64,000 nucleotides of DNA from a virus: positions 109,151-173,150 of the IMG/VR virus record IMGVR_UViG_3300000976_000009, one strand, 5' to 3'. The notes below the pieces were generated by a model. The model was given only the letters and a program-made list of their open reading frames with translations, had not been told where the DNA came from and searched no databases. Positions 56,586 through 64,000 of this stretch are shown one piece after another; within the stretch, counting starts at the first letter, position 1; every line of letters starts with the position of its first letter. The translations under genes and the position numbers were made by a program.

Positions 56586-56661
56586 TAGACTGTATACTAA
56601 AAAGCAATAAGTACCACCGCTTTAGGTGGGGATATGGGTTGGAGTCCCATCAGTCATACCA
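56586..56661 (+). ncRNA. tRNA-like RNA with shortened anticodon arm and TTGGAGT T-loop
   Basis: GACTG/CAGTC, TACT/AGTA D-stem with AGCA loop, CACC-GCTTTA-GGTG, encoded ACCA. Confidence 0.62.
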
Positions 56662-56662
56662 T

Positions 56663-56734
56663 TCTTTTGTCGTCTAAATAGCAGTAGGACACCTCTTATT
56701 TGAGGAAATTTGGGTTGGAGTCCCAACGGAAGAA
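56663..56734 (+). ncRNA. tRNA-like RNA with shortened anticodon arm and TTGGAGT T-loop
   Basis: TCTTTTG/CGGAAGA-A, GTCT/GGAC D-stem with AGCA loop, CCTC-TTATTT-GAGG. Confidence 0.65.
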
Positions 56735-56748
56735 CTAAAAAATCAAGA

Positions 56749-57156
56749 ATGAAAAATAGAGATAATTATACTGAATCAGAAGAAAATAACACACGTAGAC
56801 GTGAAGTTAGTTTAAGATTACTTAAAATGGGTAAAGCCTTAATGGATGAGGGTGCAGAAAATGATGATTTCTGTTTATTATCAGCTGGTAATCAATTAAT
56901 TCTATTATCTGGTTTAACGTTAAACCCTAAAGATATGGAAGAATTCTCAAACTTATCTGGAATGTTTTCGGCTAAGAGTATATTGGATGATATGATGAGT
57001 TCACCATTTGGTCTTATGGGTTCACCATTTGGTGGTTTATCAAGTACTGAACGTATTGAGAATTTGCTAAAAAATCTAGGTAATAAAGATGAAAATGATG
57101 ATAGTAAAGATTTCCCCTTTAACTTCCCATTTCCATTCGATAAACCAGAAGATTAA
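56749..57156 (+). CDS. Hypothetical protein
   Basis: Start moved downstream of the tRNA-like RNA. Confidence 0.55.
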   Translation: MKNRDNYTESEENNTRRREVSLRLLKMGKALMDEGAENDDFCLLSAGNQLILLSGLTLNPKDMEEFSNLSGMFSAKSILDDMMSSPFGLMGSPFGGLSSTERIENLLKNLGNKDENDDSKDFPFNFPFPFDKPED

Positions 57157-57161
57157 TAAAT

Positions 57162-57235
57162 GGACCCTTAGCTCAGCTGGATAGAGCACCTCCCTTCTAA
57201 GGAGGCGGTCCTAGGTTCGAATCCTAGAGGGTTCA
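57162..57235 (+). tRNA. tRNA-Arg(TCT)
   Basis: Canonical; CCTCC-CTTCTAA-GGAGG. Confidence 0.92.
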
Positions 57236-57349
57236 CAGAAGCGAGAAGATTTTGATATTTGTTGGAAATGCTTCATAAAATAATTTACAAATATCAAAAG
57301 GTTAAGGTATAATACCTTAACCTTTTCTATATATTTATAAAAAAAGATT

Positions 57350-58267
57350 ATGAAAAGATATTTAACAATTATATTATTATTTGTTCAATTTATTAATTAT
57401 GGACAATTAAATAATGGGACAACATTAGTTGATTCAATTTCAACTAGTATACCACCAATTATTACAATAACTAAAGCTGGTTCATGTGGGTCACCAGATG
57501 GTCCAATGAATTCAACTATAATTACACCACCAGACTACCCTTGGTTACAAACTAATGGTTACTGTAATCCATTAATGTACGGTAATAATCCAACAGTTTG
57601 TTGGACTTTAACACCAACATCTACCTCAGTTTCTATTAATTCTGGATTTTCAACAGATTGCGATAGCTATACCTTTAGTAATTTTAACTTATATGATGCA
57701 ACATGTACTTTAATTGGGACTGGGTTAAATTATAGTGGTTTAACTATTGGTTCGACTTATACATGGTGTATGACAGCAAATAGTTGGAATTTTGATGGAA
57801 CACCATGTGATGGGTTTTTAGATTTTTGCCCATACTATTTTAATAATAGTGCATTACCAATAGAGTTAATAAGTTTTTTTGTAACTAATCAAGGTAGAAC
57901 TAATGACATCATTTGGATGAGTGCATCTGAAATTAATAATGATTATTATACATTAGAAAATAGTATTGATGGATATACATGGAATATTATAACAACAATT
58001 AGTGGTGCTGGAAATAGTAACTCACCACTGGTTTATAGTTATGAGGATAACAATTATACTGATACATTAAATTATTATCGTTTAACTCAGACAGATTATG
58101 ATGGTGTTTCTGAAATATTTGAAATTATTTCAATAGATAATAATGTTGATAAAACCAAATTAATTAAGACATTAAATCTAATGGGGCAAGAAGTTGATTC
58201 AAATGAAAAGGGATTTTTAATAGAGATTTATGATGATGGGACAACTAAAAAAATATTTAAAGAGTAA
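57350..58267 (+). CDS. Secreted protein with Bacteroidota T9SS-substrate-like C-terminal region
   Basis: Signal peptide; LPIELISF..W.SASEINNDYY.LE.S.DG..W...YYRL.QTDYDG; NLMGQEV. Confidence 0.65.
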   Translation: MKRYLTIILLFVQFINYGQLNNGTTLVDSISTSIPPIITITKAGSCGSPDGPMNSTIITPPDYPWLQTNGYCNPLMYGNNPTVCWTLTPTSTSVSINSGFSTDCDSYTFSNFNLYDATCTLIGTGLNYSGLTIGSTYTWCMTANSWNFDGTPCDGFLDFCPYYFNNSALPIELISFFVTNQGRTNDIIWMSASEINNDYYTLENSIDGYTWNIITTISGAGNSNSPLVYSYEDNNYTDTLNYYRLTQTDYDGVSEIFEIISIDNNVDKTKLIKTLNLMGQEVDSNEKGFLIEIYDDGTTKKIFKE

Positions 58268-58347
58268 TTTAAATTACATTAAAAAAGGGAAATTATTTTG
58301 GTAGTTTCCCTTTTTTTGTTTATATTTGTAACCTAAATAGAGAAGAA

Positions 58348-59475
58348 ATGTTAAAAATAGTAGCTTACATAAAGAAGTATGGTCTTGAAAAGACATTAAA
58401 GGACTTTAATTTAAAATCTAGAGACTACCCAAACAAGGTTTTGATTAAGTATGACCAAATAGCATCGTCTATGGGGGAATCTATAGTACAAGAAGCTAGA
58501 GGTCTTATACTGGAAAAAGGAACATGGAAGGTTATGTCATTACCATTCTACAAGTTCTTCAATTCAGCTGAGGGTCATGCGGCAAAAATTGATTGGGATA
58601 CTGCACACGTACTTGAGAAGTGTGACGGTACTATGATACAATTATATTGGGACTGGAACAAGAACACTTGGTGGGCTGGTACTACAGGTACAGCTGAGGG
58701 TGAAGGTGAGGTAAACAACAAGTTGGGTACTACATTCAATGAATTGTTTTGGAAGACTGTTGCAGATAAGTATGGTCTTACACCAGACTCTAGATTCCTA
58801 GAGAAGACATTTGTATATGTGTTTGAGTTAACTACTCCATATAATATTGTTGTAAAGCCACACGGTGAGTCTTCTGTTACATTGCTTGCAATGAGAAACA
58901 GAAATACACTTGATGAATTACCATATAATATTTTAAGAATTAAAGCTGAGGAAATTATTAATGTACCATTAGTTAAGTCATTCGACTTGAACGAAGGTAA
59001 TGTTGGTAAGTTGTTGAGAACATTCGAAGACATGATGTGGTATGAAGAAGGTTATGTTGTTGTTGATGGGAATTTCAATAGAATTAAGATTAAGAACCCA
59101 GCATACGTTGCTGTGCACCACTTGAAGTCTAAGACTTCTGAGCATGCAATTATGGGTGTTGTTAAGACTAATGAGATTGATGAGTTTGCTGCTACTTTCC
59201 CAGATAGAAAAGAAGAGATTGAAGGTTTGAAAGATAATTATGATGCTCTTATTCTTAAATTGGAAAATGGTTGGAATATCTTGAAAGAGAAAAAACCAAA
59301 GAATATTACACCAAAGGAAAGTAAGAAGTTCGCTATGGCTGTTTTTGAAGTTACTAAGGAATTAGGGCTTGAGAAGTTCCACGGTATGTTCTTTGCACTT
59401 AAAGATGGGAAGGTAGATAATGTGAAGGAATTCATGTTCAATTACGATAACAAAACACTATACAGAATGCTATAA
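58348..59475 (+). CDS. RNA ligase 1 family (T4 Rnl1-like)
   Basis: EARGLI, PFYKFFN, EKCDGT (motif I), FEL, EEGYVV, RIKIKN..Y. Confidence 0.85.
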   Translation: MLKIVAYIKKYGLEKTLKDFNLKSRDYPNKVLIKYDQIASSMGESIVQEARGLILEKGTWKVMSLPFYKFFNSAEGHAAKIDWDTAHVLEKCDGTMIQLYWDWNKNTWWAGTTGTAEGEGEVNNKLGTTFNELFWKTVADKYGLTPDSRFLEKTFVYVFELTTPYNIVVKPHGESSVTLLAMRNRNTLDELPYNILRIKAEEIINVPLVKSFDLNEGNVGKLLRTFEDMMWYEEGYVVVDGNFNRIKIKNPAYVAVHHLKSKTSEHAIMGVVKTNEIDEFAATFPDRKEEIEGLKDNYDALILKLENGWNILKEKKPKNITPKESKKFAMAVFEVTKELGLEKFHGMFFALKDGKVDNVKEFMFNYDNKTLYRML

Positions 59476-59510
59476 GGTTTTAACCTTATAGCATTTTAGT
59501 TCATAAGATT

Positions 59511-59717
59511 ATGGAAGGGGATAAATATATTAAGGTGAGTATCGATACAGAACTCCCAATAGAAGATGGTAAGTATATCGTATTTACTAAGACTGGTGCT
59601 GGTAATCAGAATATATTCGCTACTAATTGTCATCTTAGACAAAAGAAAGGTAAAACAATTGCGACATGGGGTTGCACAAACCAAATTGTAACTCATTGGT
59701 TAAAAAAGATTAAGTAA
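59511..59717 (+). CDS. Hypothetical protein
   Basis: ELP..DG.Y.V...VTHW. Confidence 0.5.
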   Translation: MEGDKYIKVSIDTELPIEDGKYIVFTKTGAGNQNIFATNCHLRQKKGKTIATWGCTNQIVTHWLKKIK

Positions 59718-60014
59718 ATGTTAGATTATATATTACAACACCCGTGGCTAGGGGCACTAGTTATATTAGTTGCTCAATTATCATTTATGTATTTGAGAAC
59801 CATTAACGTTATTTATACATCAGAAAGAAGAATGAAACCAACAATTATTAGTGGTTGGGGTCTAGATGTTTCTTGGTTGATTTCAATGTCGATTGGTCTT
59901 AGTTCTATTATGACAGGTGATTGGCAACCAATTGTTGCATTTTTAATTGGTGCCACTTTAGGTAGGTACTGGGGAATCAATCAAGAGAGAAAAAGACATG
60001 GCGACAAGAAATGA
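59718..60014 (+). CDS. Small membrane protein (DUF5698-like)
   Basis: Three TM segments, G..LG.Y.G. Confidence 0.5.
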   Translation: MLDYILQHPWLGALVILVAQLSFMYLRTINVIYTSERRMKPTIISGWGLDVSWLISMSIGLSSIMTGDWQPIVAFLIGATLGRYWGINQERKRHGDKK

Positions 60015-60525
60015 AATAAAGAAAATTAATCGTAGAATAGATTTTTTAATGTCTAGCGGTTATGGAATACATTTTGCTGATTGGGAGAAATCGCATAAGG
60101 ATGCCTGTATAGCAGTAATTGTTTCTGGTGTAGCATGGAGGAATTGTTTAGATGCTCCTTTTGACCCAAGGGATTATAAAAAACAAGGCTATCTAAGGGC
60201 TAATATTCAGATAATGATTTTAGCTATGGAAATTAACTTGAGTGTTGATGACGTAGCCAAGCGTTGTGCTAAGCATAATATAGATAGAAAGGAAAGTAGG
60301 GATGCGATGAAAGGTTCCCCACAAAAAGAAGGTAGAGACAATAAAGGTGTCTACGTTGGTTCTGGTGGTGGTGGTAGTAATAGAGTTCGTTACCCTAAAT
60401 TGAATAGGTCTAAAAAGGTTTGGAAGATGTTTTATAAAATGTTCCCATATTATGCTGAACGTGATAATTGGGATGGTGAGAAGTCAGACAGATACCCAAG
60501 GAAAACTAAAAAGAAGAGGTCATGA
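59998..60525 (+). CDS. Hypothetical basic protein
   Basis: ORF track. Confidence 0.55.
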   Translation: MATRNEIKKINRRIDFLMSSGYGIHFADWEKSHKDACIAVIVSGVAWRNCLDAPFDPRDYKKQGYLRANIQIMILAMEINLSVDDVAKRCAKHNIDRKESRDAMKGSPQKEGRDNKGVYVGSGGGGSNRVRYPKLNRSKKVWKMFYKMFPYYAERDNWDGEKSDRYPRKTKKKRS

Positions 60526-60704
60526 GTTCAGAACAATTAAAGGGGATGATGGATATGCTTACGAGACTTCGTAAAGAGCATAAGATTACTATTATGACTT
60601 CAACTCAGATTCCTAGAGTTAAACCTCATTTACACCATACTCTACCTAATAGTACTGGTCCAGATGTTATTTTCATTGACCATATGAATTTAATTAGAAA
60701 ATAG
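60522..60704 (+). CDS. Hypothetical protein
   Basis: ORF track, ATGA overlap. Confidence 0.4.
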   Translation: MSSEQLKGMMDMLTRLRKEHKITIMTSTQIPRVKPHLHHTLPNSTGPDVIFIDHMNLIRK

Positions 60705-60754
60705 TTTGGTAGTTACGAATAATTTTCGTAAGTTTGTATGCAAACATATATATT

Positions 60755-61255
60755 ATGGAATATACAGAAAAAAATTACAGAGAAGCGAGAATGGTTTCGA
60801 TTAAAGCTCACGGAACACAGGATTACGATGGGGTTTTCCCATATAAGAAACATTTAGATGATGTGGTTGATGTATTAAAGAGATTTGGATTCTCTGGTAA
60901 GTATATTGTTGCTGGTTATTTACATGATATTATTGAAGATACTGCGTTGTCTTACAATAAAGTTAAGAAGCATTTTGGATATGAGGTTGCTGAGATGGTT
61001 TATTGTGTTACTGATGAACTTGGTAGGAACAGAGAAGAAAAGAAAACAAAAACACTACCTAAGACTGCTTCTAACCCAGATGCCATTATTCTTAAATTAG
61101 CTGATAGAATTGCAAATATTGAGCATGGTGGTAAGGTTGATATGTATAGAAAAGAGTATGAGGTGTTCCACCAATTTTTATTCGCAAGAACTCCAGATGG
61201 GGCTAAAGAAATGTGGAGATGTTTAGAAAAATTGTTAAAATTAGAAACAGTATAA
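60755..61255 (+). CDS. HD-domain (p)ppGpp hydrolase-like protein (small alarmone hydrolase/Mesh1-like)
   Basis: AH..Q, PY..H, LHDIIEDT, FG..VAEMV..VTD, LKLADRIANI. Confidence 0.82.
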   Translation: MEYTEKNYREARMVSIKAHGTQDYDGVFPYKKHLDDVVDVLKRFGFSGKYIVAGYLHDIIEDTALSYNKVKKHFGYEVAEMVYCVTDELGRNREEKKTKTLPKTASNPDAIILKLADRIANIEHGGKVDMYRKEYEVFHQFLFARTPDGAKEMWRCLEKLLKLETV

Positions 61256-61256
61256 T

Positions 61257-62651
61257 ATGATTAAAGAGATTCTAGATAGTATAGCCGCTGTAAGTGGTAA
61301 AAATGATAAGAGAGATTTGTTGATGAGTCATGCTGACAATGAATTACTTAAAGAAGTAATTTATGCTGCACATTCACCAAGAATTAAATATTACATTAAA
61401 CAGATTCCAGAATACACACCTAACACCAATAGTGTTCCAGCTTCATTAGGTTGGGCTATTTTACAATTAGAAGATATTAAAAATAGGGTGATAACTGGTG
61501 GTGAAGCAAGTGATAGATTAAAGGATACTTTAGAATCTATTAGCCCAGATGATGCTTATGTAATTGAGAAGATTATCGGTAAGAATCTTAAAATTGGAAT
61601 GGATACAGGATATAATAAATGTATCCCTAATTTGATTGAAGAAACACCATATATGGGTGCTAAGTCTTATTCTGAGAAATTAGTTAAGAAATTATTCGCA
61701 TCTGGACAAGGTGTTCGTTCAGACATTAAGATGGACGGTACTTACCGTAATGCTATTATTAGAAATGGTGAGGTTGAGTTACTTTCTAGGCAAGGTGAGG
61801 TTTCAGTTTTATCTGGTGCCCCATTTTTAGCAGAACTTGCATCTATGGATGATTGTGTTCTTAATGGTGAACTCACAATTGATGGTGAACCAAGTAGATT
61901 AATTGCTAATGGTATGGTATCATCAATTATGGATATCTTACAAAAAGCTGAGTCTAGGGGTGATACTGCAACTAAGAAGAAGATTATCTTATTCGAAGAG
62001 AAGCATGGACCATTTGAAGGTGCAATTAATAATATGCGATTCACTGTTTGGGATAGAATATCTGTTGAAGATTATTTTGATAAGAAGTCTTCAACACCAT
62101 ATGAAACTAGACGAATGGGATTACAGTCAATTATAGATGGTGGTAATTTCAATATGATTGGGTTAGTTGAATCTAAAATTGTAACTAGTTTTGCTGAGGC
62201 AATGGAACATTTTCAAGATGCACTTGCAAGAGGGCTGGAGGGAACTATTCTTAAAGCAATGGATGGTGGATGGAAAGATGGGAAACCAACTTACCAAGTT
62301 AAGATGAAATTAGATATTTCAATTGACTTCCGAATTACTGGATTTCTTTATGGTAATGAGGGTACTAAGAATGAAAACGTGATTTCTAGATTATTAGTTG
62401 AGTCTTCATGTGGACTACTTAAGACCCAACCTTCTGGAATGAAGGAAAAAGAAATGAAATGGGTTACTGAAAACCAAGAGAACCTTATGGGTACTATTGT
62501 TGAGGTTAGATGTTCTGGATTATCTCACGATTCAGAGGGTAACTGGTCTTGCATGCACCCAAGTGTTGTCGAATTCAGAAGCGATAAAGACACTTGTGAT
62601 TCATTAGAATCGGCTCAAGAAATTGAGGAAATGGCTAAAACGCTAGCATAA
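61257..62651 (+). CDS. ATP-dependent DNA ligase
   Basis: KMDGTY motif I, SRQG, LNGEL, F.VWD, EGTILK, VKMK, C-terminal OB fold P..VEFRSDK. Confidence 0.88.
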   Translation: MIKEILDSIAAVSGKNDKRDLLMSHADNELLKEVIYAAHSPRIKYYIKQIPEYTPNTNSVPASLGWAILQLEDIKNRVITGGEASDRLKDTLESISPDDAYVIEKIIGKNLKIGMDTGYNKCIPNLIEETPYMGAKSYSEKLVKKLFASGQGVRSDIKMDGTYRNAIIRNGEVELLSRQGEVSVLSGAPFLAELASMDDCVLNGELTIDGEPSRLIANGMVSSIMDILQKAESRGDTATKKKIILFEEKHGPFEGAINNMRFTVWDRISVEDYFDKKSSTPYETRRMGLQSIIDGGNFNMIGLVESKIVTSFAEAMEHFQDALARGLEGTILKAMDGGWKDGKPTYQVKMKLDISIDFRITGFLYGNEGTKNENVISRLLVESSCGLLKTQPSGMKEKEMKWVTENQENLMGTIVEVRCSGLSHDSEGNWSCMHPSVVEFRSDKDTCDSLESAQEIEEMAKTLA

Positions 62652-62675
62652 CATAAAAGTAAAGTTAAAATAAGA

Positions 62676-63023
62676 ATGACTTATAATTTTGACGGAGTAA
62701 TTAAAGTAATAAATCCATTACAAACATGGGATAGTGGATTTAGTAAAAGGGAAATAGTTTTAACAACTATGGATGAAAAATTCGAACAATTTATTAAATT
62801 CGAATTTCTAAAAGAGTCAGCTGAAAAGCTAAATGAGTTTAAGGTTGGTGATAAAGTTAAAGTTGTGTTTGCCCTTAGAGGTAATGAATACAATGGTAAG
62901 TATTATACTAATTTGAATGGTATTGCAATAACACATCTTAAAGATGATGGTACGATAGAAACGCCTACAGTTGAATCGCTTGTAACTAAATTTGATGAAA
63001 GTGATGATGATTTACCATTTTAA
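62676..63023 (+). CDS. DUF3127 family SSB-like OB-fold protein
   Basis: FSKREIV, F.KFEF, LRG.EYNGKYY.NL, acidic DDDLPF tail. Confidence 0.8.
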   Translation: MTYNFDGVIKVINPLQTWDSGFSKREIVLTTMDEKFEQFIKFEFLKESAEKLNEFKVGDKVKVVFALRGNEYNGKYYTNLNGIAITHLKDDGTIETPTVESLVTKFDESDDDLPF

Positions 63024-63032
63024 AAAAATAGA

Positions 63033-64000
63033 ATGATGGAACCGAAATTATTTAGAATGCCTAGCATCGAAGCATTTAGACATGTTATTCAACAAGTAAC
63101 ACATAGAGCTAGATATAGAGGTGATGATGAAACGGGGCAACCAATTTATGAGAATTGCGCTTTACCCACCTTAAAATTTAGAGGTAGTGTGAAGATGCAT
63201 GGAACTAATGCTGGGATTGTATTTATGTGGGACAAAGATAGTTCTACTTACAATATGCATGCTCAATCTAAGGGTCTTATAATTACACCAGTTAAGGATA
63301 ATGTGGGTTTTGCCGCATTTGCACATACTAGCGGTGTTGATAATTTAGTTGAAGAAATTTTAGGTGATTTCGATGGTGAACAACCAGAGGTTATTAGAGT
63401 TTATGGTGAATGGATTGGTAGAAAAATACAAAAAGGAACACCTTATAATACATTAGATAAAATGTTTGTAATATTCGCAATTAAGATAGATAATAAATGG
63501 TTATCTGAGGATAAATTATCTATGGTTAAGATGTCAGATAAAAGAATATTCAACATTCTAGACTACCCAACATATGAGATATTAGTTGACTTTAATAACC
63601 CAAAGATTGCTGCTGAGGCAATGGCTAAGTTAGTTGATAATGTTGAAAAAGAATGTCCAGTAGGTAAAGCCTTTGGGATTGATAATGGTGTTGGTGAAGG
63701 TATTGTTTGGGTTTGTACAACTGATGGTTGGGGTAGTTCTAGATACTGGTTCAAAACTAAGGGTGAAGAACATAAGTCTTCTGGTACTAAGGAGAAGGTG
63801 CCAGTTGATATTGAAAGACTTAATTCTATTAACGAATTAGTTGATTCATTTCTTACTAATTCAAGATTAGAGCAAGGTTTAGACCAAATTAGGGAGAATC
63901 ACCAAGAGTTATCTAGAAAATCTACTGGATTTTATGTTAAATGGGTTAGTGGTGATGTTGTTAAAGAAGAATTAGATACTATTGTTGGAAATGGTTTCGA
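63033..64000 (+). CDS. RNA ligase 2 family (Rnl2-like), 3'-partial, not in ORF track
   Basis: VKMHGTNAG motif I, YGEW.G..IQKG, F.IFAI, GVGEGIVW, FKTKG..H; frame open to the window end. Confidence 0.85.
   Translation, partial: MMEPKLFRMPSIEAFRHVIQQVTHRARYRGDDETGQPIYENCALPTLKFRGSVKMHGTNAGIVFMWDKDSSTYNMHAQSKGLIITPVKDNVGFAAFAHTSGVDNLVEEILGDFDGEQPEVIRVYGEWIGRKIQKGTPYNTLDKMFVIFAIKIDNKWLSEDKLSMVKMSDKRIFNILDYPTYEILVDFNNPKIAAEAMAKLVDNVEKECPVGKAFGIDNGVGEGIVWVCTTDGWGSSRYWFKTKGEEHKSSGTKEKVPVDIERLNSINELVDSFLTNSRLEQGLDQIRENHQELSRKSTGFYVKWVSGDVVKEELDTIVGNGF

Noticed and set aside
1-64000. Genome-wide stop-codon reassignment (code 15 or 4), suggested by the CUA tRNA and the RF gene
   Set aside because: Long conserved genes are intact in code 11, and TAG/TGA end genes at sensible boundaries; in-frame stops were found only in the RF and Pth2 genes

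Overview
AT-rich, densely coded, almost entirely + strand segment of a large (jumbo-type) tailed phage genome in the standard genetic code. The host is probably Bacteroidota, based on about 20 TTG-N19-TAnnTTTG promoters, a Bacteroidota-type tmRNA resume context, DUF3127, an Hc1-like protein and CKKE lipoproteins. The window starts with two virion-like genes, followed by a replication/recombination block (RuvC-like, primase, exonuclease, SbcD/SbcC), a sigma-70, lysis genes and many small accessory genes. The second half is a translation/RNA-maintenance island. It holds a DUF2828-like vWA protein, DnaJ, ClpP, tmRNA, about 24 tRNAs plus a dozen aberrant tRNA-like RNAs, a CCA-adding enzyme, a truncated HisRS, a kinase-2H phosphoesterase, two RNA ligases and an HD (ppGpp-hydrolase-like) protein. 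The most striking signal is a set of stop-codon-gated rescue genes that the ORF track misses or splits. (i) A class-I release factor needs both UGA readthrough and an RF2-style +1 frameshift at CUU-UAG, and its stop-recognition tripeptide (SPT) is an RF1/RF2 hybrid. (ii) A Pth2-like peptidyl-tRNA hydrolase has an amber codon at position 4 and lies directly downstream of an atypical CUA (amber-suppressor) tRNA. Also notable are a 4-copy CAGCAA small-RNA family, D-armless mini-tRNAs with covarying stems, and a probable attenuator in front of the tRNA array. All protein calls come from motif recognition by eye and RNA folds were paired by hand; no searches were run.
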